A stretch of DNA of 60,059 nucleotides, counting the filler, from Sphacelaria rigidula (taxonomy: Eukaryota): assembly GCA_964200075.2 (NCBI GenBank). It is 9 parts of 9 records of this genome, joined end to end, with 100 filler letters (N's around TTAATTAATTAA, not from the genome) between each part and the next. Parts side by side here need not be neighbours in the genome. Positions count along the whole stretch, not along the records: positions 33,424 to 40,007 come from CAXNAA020019214.1; positions 40,108 to 46,691 come from CAXNAA020019215.1; positions 46,792 to 53,375 come from CAXNAA020019216.1; 6 more parts are not named here. One strand, 5' to 3'. How positions within the stretch are numbered: the stretch's first letter is position 1; the number at the start of each line of letters is the position of its first letter. A program made the translations under genes and the position numbers. Of the stretch, positions 37,966-48,377 are shown piece after piece. The notes below the pieces were generated by a model. It saw nothing but the letters and a program-made list of their open reading frames with translations. It made no database searches and was not told the origin of the DNA.

Positions 37966-38734
37966 CTGCACGAGTAGGGCATTCATTTTATGGGCGGGGT
38001 CATGCTACGATAGGGAGGAGGGTGAGGGTGTTCGATTCCACGACAAGCGAAGGACCCATGGATGTGTCATTCGGCGACCAAATCACCCTCGCAATGCGCT
38101 TGTTGTGGGTGACAAAAAAAAAAGGAAAGGTGTCAAGTATAATGAAAGTACGGGCGAGTGTTATTTATCGGTAATAATAACAAGCGAATTTAATCAATCC
38201 TTGCTGCTTTCAACGACGATTTTGAAGATCCGACTATCATGGTGTACAATGAATGATAATTATATATCTAAATATTGAATAAATGCGTAAATTTGTGTTT
38301 GGATTTCGTTTTTTTTGTTTTTTTTTGGTTTTTGGACAAAGGGAATACAAAAGGAATATTGCTTGTTTGGTTTATTTCTTGCTTTTAGACAAGGGAAAGA
38401 CAATAAATTAATTAAATAAGTTAAAGATTGTTTGAGGATGGATGGTTGGATGGTTGATTTTTTTTTTTGAGCAAGGGAAAGACAATATATGAAAAAAGGC
38501 AAATATAAAAAATTCAACCATCGCTTCTGTGCGACGAACAGGGATGAAGTGAAGTGTATCACCCCATTTGCATGCGAGAGGAAACGGAATGGGAAAAGAC
38601 ACGCGGAGCGGAGCGAACGGGTTCCATTTTTGAAGCGGTTTGGGTACCAACCACCGCACGGGGAGAACCAGCAAAATCCCAAACGACCATGGCAACCTCG
38701 TGTACGTGTACACTAGGGGGCGGGGGGACGGGGG

Positions 38735-38815
38735 GACGGGGGGGGGGCGTACTCATTTGTTGCTTGCCTGAGTCGTTTGACCATTGACCACGCATCCCTT
38801 TCGAGACGGAGCACC
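38735..38815 (-). mobile_element. Poly(C)-ended structured repeat, subfamily B (also 6527-6585+, 13704-13740+, 24465-24635-, 26963-27040-, 33495-33550+)
   Basis: gtgctccgtctcGAAAgggatgcgtggtcaatggtcaaacgact(a/c)aggcaagcaacaaatgagtacgcccccc recurs on at least five contigs. Confidence 0.8.
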
Positions 38816-39080
38816 GTTCCTACTCCTACTAGAGACACCCCCAACATTTTGGCGCTCATTAACTTTCTTCCATACATAACACAAAACATTTTACATATCT
38901 TATCCCCGTCCTGTTGATTCCTCGTGCGGGTGAGCAAAACGTAGATGAAAGGGACAAAGCCCTTATTTCGATCACACTGCAGCCCAGACGCAGTAATGTG
39001 CTCCACACGGGCGAGTCACGTAGGGAATAACACGATCTTCACACGTCAACAAGTACAAACACTAGAAAAGCCTACACAGA

Positions 39081-39330
39081 GCCGGTCGCCCTCGTGGCTC
39101 AACTGGTAACCTCGAAACCTTTTGACGGTTCGGTCGTGAGTTCGAATCTCGGTAAAGTCGCACGACCTAGGATTCTTCCTCACATTATGCCCAACAGTGG
39201 AGAGCCACCATGTCGCGGGTACACAAAAGTCCACTTCACGGTCGACGAGGAAAAGGGACTGCCGAAGCCTCCTCGCGATATAAATAAAGGCAAGCACTGC
39301 GCAAAAAAGGTCAAGAGTACCAACACAACA
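39081..39330 (+). mobile_element. tRNA-derived SINE, family 1
   Basis: A-box TGGCTCAACTGG, B-box GTTCGAATC, conserved body (cccaacagtggagag...gtgggtacacaaaa...cacggtcgac), A-rich end. Homologous to 46792-46908 and 56113-56363. Confidence 0.8.
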
Positions 39331-39594
39331 AAAACACTGCTGGCCCGGCGACAACCCCGCATGCACCGTCCCGGCTTCGCAGGGATGCGATGTCAACGGA
39401 CTCTCACGACTACAGGCAGACCCGTGAGCGCCCCCCCCCCCCCCGCCCACCCTCTTCCCCCTCTCAAATGGTTCAATGACTACAGCAAGTAAGATCATGA
39501 GTACACCCCCTCCCCGCCCCACGTCTACACTGCGGATCCGACGGATTTCGTGTTACGGTTCCTGAAACAACCTGCCACGGCACCACCTGCATAC

Positions 39595-39778
39595 CTGCAT
39601 GACTGCCCGCCTTGGAGCCGCCGCCGGTGTGCTGCGCGCTGTGTTGATGACGACCACCTGGGCCATAAGGTGGGCTACCTGCTAGCCCCCCCGGCGGAGG
39701 GAAATTGGTCCGAGATGTTCTAGCGGTGATGACGGACGATATACCCGAGGCTGCCACGGATGGCGTCGCGAAGGACGC
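39595..39778 (-). CDS. Exon 1 of 4 seen in a Gly/Ser/Ala/Pro-rich unknown protein
   Basis: catcAG acceptor, G|GTATGC donor, ASFATPSVAASG...GSKAGSHA, ends in phase 1. Confidence 0.6.
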
Positions 39779-40165
39779 CTGATGTAAAACGAGGGGGGAC
39801 GGGGGAGAGGGGACGAGAGACACGCGACAGGAGACGGGGGAGGGTTCCACGTTGCTTCAGGAATTCCAAGGGTGACGAAACCGTGCGGGTGAGCAAAACC
39901 GTTCATATTGATTCCTCGCAAAAATGCTGTACTGCTTCGACTTTCATCATTTACAACTAGAGGGGGGGGTGTACTCATGATCATGCATGCCATAGTCACA
40001 AGACCATNNNNNNNNNNNNNNNNNNNNNNNNNNNNNNNNNNNNNNNNNNNNTTAATTAATTAANNNNNNNNNNNNNNNNNNNNNNNNNNNNNNNNNNNNN
40101 NNNNNNNCCCCCCCCCCCTCCGCGCGCCCTTCAACACATGTATACACGCTACATACATACATCAG

Positions 40166-41446
40166 GTGAAACTTGAGGGCATGCGCCTGGGCTCCCAGCG
40201 CGCGTGGGCCCCTGCGGGGACCCGGGGCTACGGCCCGCGTCACGTGTGTCTGAGCCCCAGCTCGGCCGGCAGCTCGGTAGCCTCGAGTCCTGGTCTAGAG
40301 GGGAACTCGCAGAAGTGGCCATCTAGCCCGGAAGCTCCAGCACGGATAGAGATGGCAAAGAGGATGCTCGAGAAGAGGTCGTCTTCGGCACACGTAGACT
40401 CTTCATCGAACGATACTTCTATCGACGAATCTGGTTATTCCCGTCAGGGGTCCGGCTCTGGAGCACGAGGGGCAGAGAGCCGGAGTCGAACCGTTTCCGG
40501 TGCCACTGACACGTTGCCGAGACCCAGTCCGGGCAGGCACGCGGGTTCTGATCCTAGCGTGGTGACGAAGAGGAAGAGCCGGTGCACGACCACGTTCGAA
40601 AGCGAGGCGGTCAGCGCAGGTAGGATGACGACCACTATCATCAGCACGCACGTCGGCGTCATGGACACATCAGCATCCTCGACGTCGCATTCTGGGCGGG
40701 GCCAGTTGTCGCGCTCTGCCAAAAGCGTGTTTTCGGCTGCGGCTGCGGCCGTTGTCGCCACCAATGGATTCGGTGCGGCTGCTTCTTTTCGCTCAGTGCG
40801 CCCGAGGAGCGCCGAATTCATCCGGGACAGCAGAGCAGCATCGGGATTATCGGTACCATCGGAATCGACGGAAACTTCGGCAATTCCTCCCGACACTCAG
40901 GCTACCGCCGCCGCCGCCGCCACCGCCACCGCCGCCGCCGACGCCGGCGCTGCCAGGGCGCGGACGGTAGTACCTTCTACTAGTGGTAATCCACAGGAAA
41001 AAACGACACCTTCCCCTGCTCGCGAGGAAGGCTTCGCGGGAGGCTCAGATACGACGGGGCGGGCGCCCTCTTGCAATCCGATATCGAGCCGCCGAGGGTC
41101 TGCTGACGGTGGCGGGTCGGCGGCAACGGGGGCGACGATGGTAGTGGCGACAGCGGCAACGTCCACGGAGGCAGAGCCTGCAGAGGCTCACAAGAGTACG
41201 GCGAACGAAGCAGCGGTGGCGGCCGTGCCGGCTCCGGTGACTTCCAATAGTGGGATGGATGCGGCGGTGCCCTCGACGACGCCCGCGGCTTCCAACAGTA
41301 CTGCGTTGGAAGCGGCGGCGGTCCCGGGTCTTGATGTGGTGAGAGCGTGGGATGTCGCCGGCGGAGTCGACGCAATGTCGGGCATAGTGTTTTACAACTT
41401 TACGTCGGGAAACATGCCGCCGACCCCGCCGAGTGATGCCGAGTAG
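40166..41446 (+). CDS. Probable terminal exon (426 aa) of a Ser/Ala/Thr-rich unknown protein
   Basis: Acceptor catcAG|GTG at 40166, 1.28-kb GC-rich open frame ending PPTPPSDAE-TAG. The opposite-strand frames are interrupted by stops. Confidence 0.7.
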   Translation: MKLEGMRLGSQRAWAPAGTRGYGPRHVCLSPSSAGSSVASSPGLEGNSQKWPSSPEAPARIEMAKRMLEKRSSSAHVDSSSNDTSIDESGYSRQGSGSGARGAESRSRTVSGATDTLPRPSPGRHAGSDPSVVTKRKSRCTTTFESEAVSAGRMTTTIISTHVGVMDTSASSTSHSGRGQLSRSAKSVFSAAAAAVVATNGFGAAASFRSVRPRSAEFIRDSRAASGLSVPSESTETSAIPPDTQATAAAAATATAAADAGAARARTVVPSTSGNPQEKTTPSPAREEGFAGGSDTTGRAPSCNPISSRRGSADGGGSAATGATMVVATAATSTEAEPAEAHKSTANEAAVAAVPAPVTSNSGMDAAVPSTTPAASNSTALEAAAVPGLDVVRAWDVAGGVDAMSGIVFYNFTSGNMPPTPPSDAE

Positions 41447-44400
41447 TTTGTTGTCGACTTTCGCGGCCATATTCGTGGGGAAATCGTCGTGTGCGGCGGA
41501 GATCACGGGCGGTTGTGTTGCTGCTGACTGGCGTTTGCTTCTGTTTTCCTGAGAATTGTCGAACGTCATGGTGATCCTGGTGCATGGAGTGGTGGAGTGA
41601 CACGATCAAAATATTGTGAAACCAGGGTGGTGCTATGGCCCGAGTATGTGTATGTGTGCGTGTGGAGCCCCTCGAGGTTTTGGGGTACGGCGTGTGTGAT
41701 GCCCAGTAGATGATTGACATATGTAAGCTCGCTCGGCAGCCGCCATGCCAGAGGCCGAAGTGGCGTCATCCACATTTGTTTTGGGACGTACGCGAGTGAT
41801 GATGGTGGCGAAATATTTACGGGACTCTTAACGGTACCCATATTGTGCAGAGTCGTGAGAGTCACGATGTTTGGTACTGGTTTTTGCGGGTCAATTCCCG
41901 CCCGAGGAGTTGTCAGTGGGTGCATGTCAGAGTAGAGGATAAGTTGTTTTGTATTTGAATAGCTAAGTGAAAGTGCTGACTCGAAGTGACGGGAAAGATG
42001 TGGTGGTGTTTGTGCTTTGTTGTGTTTTTTTGTAGCCCTCCCCCACTTTTGTCAGCGCGCGACTGTACTATTGCGCTGTAATCGTTTTTAATATTTGAAT
42101 AGGTATACTGCTGACCGTAAGCATTTGTTTTTTCATCATTCTTCTTCCGTGTTTTATTTTTCTGTTGGTGTGAAACCTTTTCATGTTTCCATCTCGGAGA
42201 AAAGTGTGGTCTCGACTGAATGTGTACTGTATTTATATGAATATTTATGTAACTTTTATAATGCAGTCATGCATTCTTGGTTTTGCATGGATATCGGTTT
42301 TATTCGCGTGGGTGAAAAACAAACACGTGCCAATTTGTGAGGAGGAGGTGGTAATCCGTCGATAGGCGCTTGTTGGAAGTTTTTCTTTTAATGTGGTGAT
42401 ATCCACAACGCCCTCCTCCCCCCTCTATGTGAGCCTCGTCGCGCGTTGTGTTGCGATAAAAGGCTTACAGAGGTGAACCTATTTCGCGTGCTAGGGGTGA
42501 GAATGTCGTCGTGATTTTGTCCACATATATTTTGTGTCAGTTGGATCGCAAAGCCGACAGCCTACGCAGGAGTCTTGTCCGTGAGTGGGTCAATTCTGCT
42601 TAGTAGTCACTGCCCGTTTTTTTTTGGTCCCCTGCCAACCTTACCAGCATTGTGTCGCCCGCCCAACTCCGGGGGATTTCATTTCTTTGCCGCGTTGATC
42701 AGAGACCGGGATTACAATCAGGGGATCTTGAGTGGGAAAGCATACAGATTCATCTCGTGGAGTGGTTCTACGATAGGGGTGCACAATTGTTTTCCTGGGG
42801 CTCTACGCTATCGGAACCTCACGGTGACAAACATCTGGAGCTTAGTGTGCAGCCGCAGAAAACGTTTGGACTCAAACGTGCACCCTTTCCGTAGAATCCC
42901 TCCATGGTGTTATCATCGTTGAGAGATGACGCCCTTTTTAAGGGCGCTTTGTAGGGATATTTCCACCTCCATGTATGTGGTGGTGGTGTCCAAGCAAAAA
43001 AACAGCGCTTTGAAATTATTCGCCATTTTTCTTTGGCGGTCATCAACTGGCTGCATCCAGTCCTTCGCTGTAACGTGCCGTTAGGAGAGCACGCCGGGAT
43101 GGACGCGTTAGCGTGGAGAAGGAGGGCGGGGTATGAGATCAAGCCGGTGATTAACTTGGGGTACACAGAGAATAGAGCATGCGGCACGGCGAATCGGAGC
43201 TATGCAATCTTTGGATACATCCGAGTTTATGCCAATAGGGCAGGGAGTCGGAGCTTCATGCTGCTGTGTGTACCCACGACTGAAAGCTGGTGGCAAGAAA
43301 CGCGTCTGCCCTTCAGCAGGGCATTGGACATTCTGACGCAGATCATGGAGAGCGCGGCGATGTGAAGGTTTCCGCGGGAAAGGACCCCAGAAGAGCACGT
43401 CAACGACGGCGATTGTTTCCCCTTTTATTGCTGTGCTCTCGTGCCGTGCCTTTTTTCACCATTGATTGAAAAGACAGAAGAAAATAACATCTTACGTGAA
43501 CTCTACCAATTTGGGTATGTTTACATGTCCCGCTGTATCAGGCGGGGGGCTATGTTGTTCTTGTCAAGAAAGTGCGGCGGCAACAACCGTGCTGCCGAAG
43601 GTTGCGTAATTGGAAATGAACTCATCTAAAGACCTGTTCCAGTAAACTAATTATTTTATAGTGGCAATGCGAGGGGACACTGGTACTCCTCGTCCTTTTG
43701 CAAATTTAGGGTTGCGTACACCAGTTCCGCGCTCGCGTTTGTCCTTGTTTTTTTGGGGGGGGGAGGGGGGGCGTGCTCCTGACGTGTTCAGCAGCACAGG
43801 CAATGGATGGGTGCAGCTGACAATTTGGGGGTCATGGCTCGAGCTGCTTACGAAGCACATACAACCGGACCTTCGCGATATATGCAAAGTTTATTATCAA
43901 GTGCGTTTTTTTGTGTGCATTTTTAATATAAACATGCGCACATGAATTTTGTGTCAGTATATATATATATATATATATATATGAGAACGCTGTGCCCCCA
44001 CGGAAGACTGTGCCGCGGGGATAGTGTCGTCGTGTTCTAGTTGTAGAGGGTAGGTTCGTGAGTGTGGTGTGCGGCACTCACAGGTTGCTAGACCTAAAGA
44101 GGTTGTTTTCGTTTTGGGAACTAGACAGCTCGCAAACTGTCGATTGCATGCGGGGCACAACTTTCCGTGGATGCTGCATAGGGGATAGAACATCAGGATT
44201 GTGGAGAACGTCGGGAACCTGCCCTACACATATACCTGGGCCCCCAATATGCCCATGCTAGGTAGTGTGCGCTTGATTCCGTCCTCGGGGGAAACGCCAC
44301 GTGGAAACTGCGTGATACATGTACATATATATATGTATAATATGTTATGTATATGTATATGCAAGCACAAGGCTTCTATCGTGGATCGTGTGCGTGACGT

Positions 44401-46791
44401 GATTTGGATGACTTGAGTTTCAACTCAAAATGGTCATGACAGTTGCTGTAGTGTGCGTGTGTTCGTTTTTGGAGTATCCATGCCGTAAAAAGGACTGATT
44501 GCCCCCTGCTCTTATTTCCTAGTGCGCGCATTTTTTCCCGTCTTCGAGCGCCTCGCTTTCGAAAGGGCTGCCCTTCAGGTCATTGAGAGCACAAGTACTT
44601 GTGAGTGCTGTTCGGAGTAAATCAAAGTGGGGGGAGTCACCCCCCCCCCTGTACGTAATACCTTTGCGATAACAACCACATCATCAACTAAATCAACCGG
44701 TGTATATGAAAGGATAGATTGATCAAGTGATCAAGTGATCAAGTGATGCGGAACAGCAGTCATTCATGAACCAAGTCGACTCTCACTGATGGATAGGTAG
44801 GCTGACGGTTATGATCGTCCCCCGATCTTGTGTTTGCTGTTTGCTGTTTGCTTCTTTTTCTTTTTCTCCCCCCCTATCTCCCCACATATTTTTCTCTGTC
44901 TTATTTTTTAGGCATTTTATTTTTTCTGTGCTGCCATCGACGAGCAAGTCCCTCGATTTGTGAGTGCGGTGACCGGTACCATTCAACCATCCGCCCTTTA
45001 CGAGGCAAGGTGATTGTTCCCCCCTCCCCCCTTTTTTCATTACAGCAGTATTTTTGAACTGTGCTGGCACTGACTTGCATCTTGCCCTTTTGTTTTAACT
45101 GGGGTATGCGGTAATATTGAGCCCCGCCGGCGAGGGGTGAGGCAAGTGGTCGGACACTGAGCCAGATTTGGTGGTTCTTGTAGTAGTGATGTTAGAGGTG
45201 CTGGGTGTAGAGTACGATACTGGTACGACTCAGTGTTTCATGTGCCCTGGAAGACCCAGTGCTTGTTTTCAGCCAGTACCCAATAGACCCGAAAATACTC
45301 GGTATGTTCGGTGATCCATACGCCAGGTACTCTGACGTCCTCGGTAGCGCAAGTGCCCCCCTGGTGCGTGGTATCTTCCTCAGGACCACCTTTGCGATAT
45401 TCAGACCGGCGTGGTGGACGGAACACGACGATGCCTAAAGTCTCCTTATATTGCTGTGCTTCTCTGTTTTTCTTTATCTCCCTCTTTCGCCGTGTGATGT
45501 ACATGAAATTCATTTTTTTTTTTTACCTGAGAGTGGGAGGTTTGAAGGCGTTTTAGGACGCAGGGGCGCACATACACACCACACTTTTCTTTGCGCGCGG
45601 AGGGGTGGGTGGTGTTGGTGGGTTGGTCGTCGGTAATGCGTGCTCTGCCTATCGAAGGGACAGTCAACAATATATTCGTGAGATTAAGAGTAGCGTATCG
45701 GATTGAGAGTGGGGTTTCATTTGAACTGTGGGCGAGGCGTGCAGTTTCGAGTAATGGACAAAATACTCAGACAGGACAATGGCCGTCAGTCATGACAATG
45801 TTTCCGTGAAATTGAGCGTTGAAAGTACGATTGAGAGTGAGGTCTTATTCATAGCATGACTCGCTTCGCCGGTTCCGATAATGAGACGGAAAGTTTTACA
45901 TGTGTAGCATGTTGAACATTCCTGCCACCCGTTGCCTGAATGGAATGGCAGAATAATGTTGAAGTGTTGCGCGCTGGCCCACAGGTCTCATTTGTGGGAA
46001 AATGCACCGTTCAAGATGTCTCCAAAGTAGTATGAGTCGTGCGGTTCGAGTAAAAGATACGATTTAGCCAGGTTGTGCCCGAATTCATTCGCAAATGCAG
46101 TTGATGCCACCATTCGTCGTGTGGACTTGGGACTCGTGGATGTCTTTAGTTTACTTTTCTGTTCAAACATGTCGCCGCAGTTTCCGTCGTTGTTTTTGAA
46201 AGCGCAAGTCATCGCGTGTGACATGGTTGCTGATATCCCGCCTTTTCGTGCCGAGAAAAGTCGCAAAACGTGGTGGCACCCTGGATTCTGTGCCATGATC
46301 TCACCCTCGATGGCAGCGGATCATAACAAATTCTCTTGCACGAAGCCAATGGAGCGCCTCCCGGCTATGAGCTGCAGCAAATCGATTTTGCCAGGGACTC
46401 TCGCCAACCGCATCGGATTTCCGAAAATGCCCTCGAAACATGTGCCGACGGACCCATCAAGAATAGCTCATAATCCATCAACACGGGAAAACAAATACTA
46501 CCGCATCAGCAAATTAGCTGCAAAACACCGGGAGCGCTTGAAACTGGCTAACCAAAAACAAAACGTCATGCTGTAACAACAAATTGTGCGAATTGAGGTT
46601 TAACTTTGAGATGAGGTTCAAGCCTAAAACAGTGCTTTCCTCACACTTTCAGCGATGATGCCCAATGACGTTTTTGTCGACCTAATGCCCCNNNNNNNNN
46701 NNNNNNNNNNNNNNNNNNNNNNNNNNNNNNNNNNNTTAATTAATTAANNNNNNNNNNNNNNNNNNNNNNNNNNNNNNNNNNNNNNNNNNNN

Positions 46792-46908
46792 CGCTCTCCA
46801 CTGTTGGGCATGGTGTGAGACAAGATTCCAGATCGCTCCGGGAATCAAACCCTCCTACTCAACTATCAGAAGCTTACGAGGTTACCAACTGAGCCACCGG
46901 GGCGACCG
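46792..46908 (-). mobile_element. tRNA-derived SINE, family 1, 5' part (cut by contig end)
   Basis: cggtcgccccggTGGCTCAGTTGGtaacctcg...GGTTTGATTCCcgg, followed by the same body. Confidence 0.75.
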
Positions 46909-47956
46909 TAGGCACTGGTATTGTACGCCAAAACATTCGTTCTGAGCAAGGTAAATTTACAGTAGATCCGCCTCAGGAAACCCAGATTTCTCCTCGACGA
47001 AGTTTGAGCCGGTGATTCCGACCCCGGGAAAAAAACACCTTCAAATTGCCGAAACATGCACTCCCTTTCGTACGGCAAATTTTCCGGCCCCACAAGAGTC
47101 GATTTCACAGATACAAGTGGAGGATCAAGGGTAGGATGATCTGACTTTTGCGGAGTAGGGACGGATCGTACAGTATGCAATTGCCACCCGGGTGCAACTG
47201 GATTCGGGAGGCGATCTTTGGGGAAGTAGGCAGACCGATCATTGCGGGCGGAGGGTATAGAACAAGGTATTCTGCAGGTGTGCGCAGGATTTGATCGGGT
47301 GGCCGCAGGTGGTAGCTTGTCGGCTTTGATATGTTATGGGCAAAGAGCCAGATCAACGCTGCGGTCGTATCAGGACGTATACAGACATCACATGTACATC
47401 AAGGGCGACATACATTGCCATGCAACGTTTTCCAGGACGAGTGGTGTGTTACGCATGAGGTGGAATATGTAGCACTCCCGAAGATTTCGAAAATTTACTT
47501 AGTTGACAAAAAGGCCGCGACCCCACTCCTTACTATGAAATATTCACAGTTTGTCTATAAGTGCAAGCCACAGCTCTCACATGACCGTCTTCCAACCGAG
47601 TGGCATCATTAAAAAAAAATCTCACGTGATCATATTTGAGCCGACCACAACTCTTGCATGATTATCTTTGAGTCCGACTGCACAACAAGTGAATATATCA
47701 ACAAATATTATTCCCACCATTGAACTGGACAACAATCTCACATGGCCATCTGTGAGCTAGGAAAAAAAATGGGTAGTTCCGCCGGGCCAAGTGTAAACTG
47801 CCCGGCATGTGAAAATTGTCCCAAACCGTAGCACGAATTCCCCCAAACGCAATATGGTTTATTTACTGGTAGCAGTGTTGTTGATTGCATCACGAGTTTC
47901 GCTGTATTATTCTTGTATCGAATATTGCATCGAATAAGCATACACACGCGGCTTTC

Positions 47957-48377
47957 TGGCTACACCCCAAAATGCCTCCGGAGGGATGCGCGGCCCTCCG
48001 GAGCCAAAACAAACCTCCGGAGGCCTTCCATCCTTCTGGAGGAAACTAAACACACTACCGACCCGGAGGGCCGCGCACCCCTCCGGAGGAATTTGAGGGT
48101 GTGCGCGACCCTCCAGAGACAAAAACAAGCCTCCGGGGGCGTTTAATCCCTTTGGAGGAAACAAAAAAATCTCCTCTGAAGGGCTGCGCACCCCTCCGAA
48201 GGCGTTCAATTCCTCTGGAGTCTCGAAAAGTTTCACACCCTGGATAATATATGGTGGTCAATATATGCAATAGACGAGAAATGTACTGCATAAAGTATAG
48301 GTCTATTGCAACTATTGAGCATATATCGTCCAAGGTGTGAAACGTTTACGCACCTGGAGGAATTTTGGGGGTAGCCA
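47957..48377. mobile_element. GC-rich MITE with CCTCCGGAGG repeats, carrying a nested palindromic MITE (48234-48339)
   Basis: Ends TGGCTACACCCCAAAATGCCTCC and GGAGGAATTTTGGGGGTAGCCA are inverted. Confidence 0.7.

Noticed and set aside
37248..38174. 308-aa plus-strand Pro/Ala-rich ORF
   Set aside because: It is the antisense shadow of a spliced minus-strand exon, and both its ends lie in repeats.
39081..39160. Functional tRNA gene
   Set aside because: The cloverleaf is incomplete and the head is fused to a conserved non-tRNA body in three copies, so it is a SINE.
45988..46576. Overlapping 102/167-aa ORFs with a short FANxFG similarity to 49942-50163
   Set aside because: The similarity covers only ~17 nt, the frames are interrupted and no domain is recognised; they lie on different contigs.
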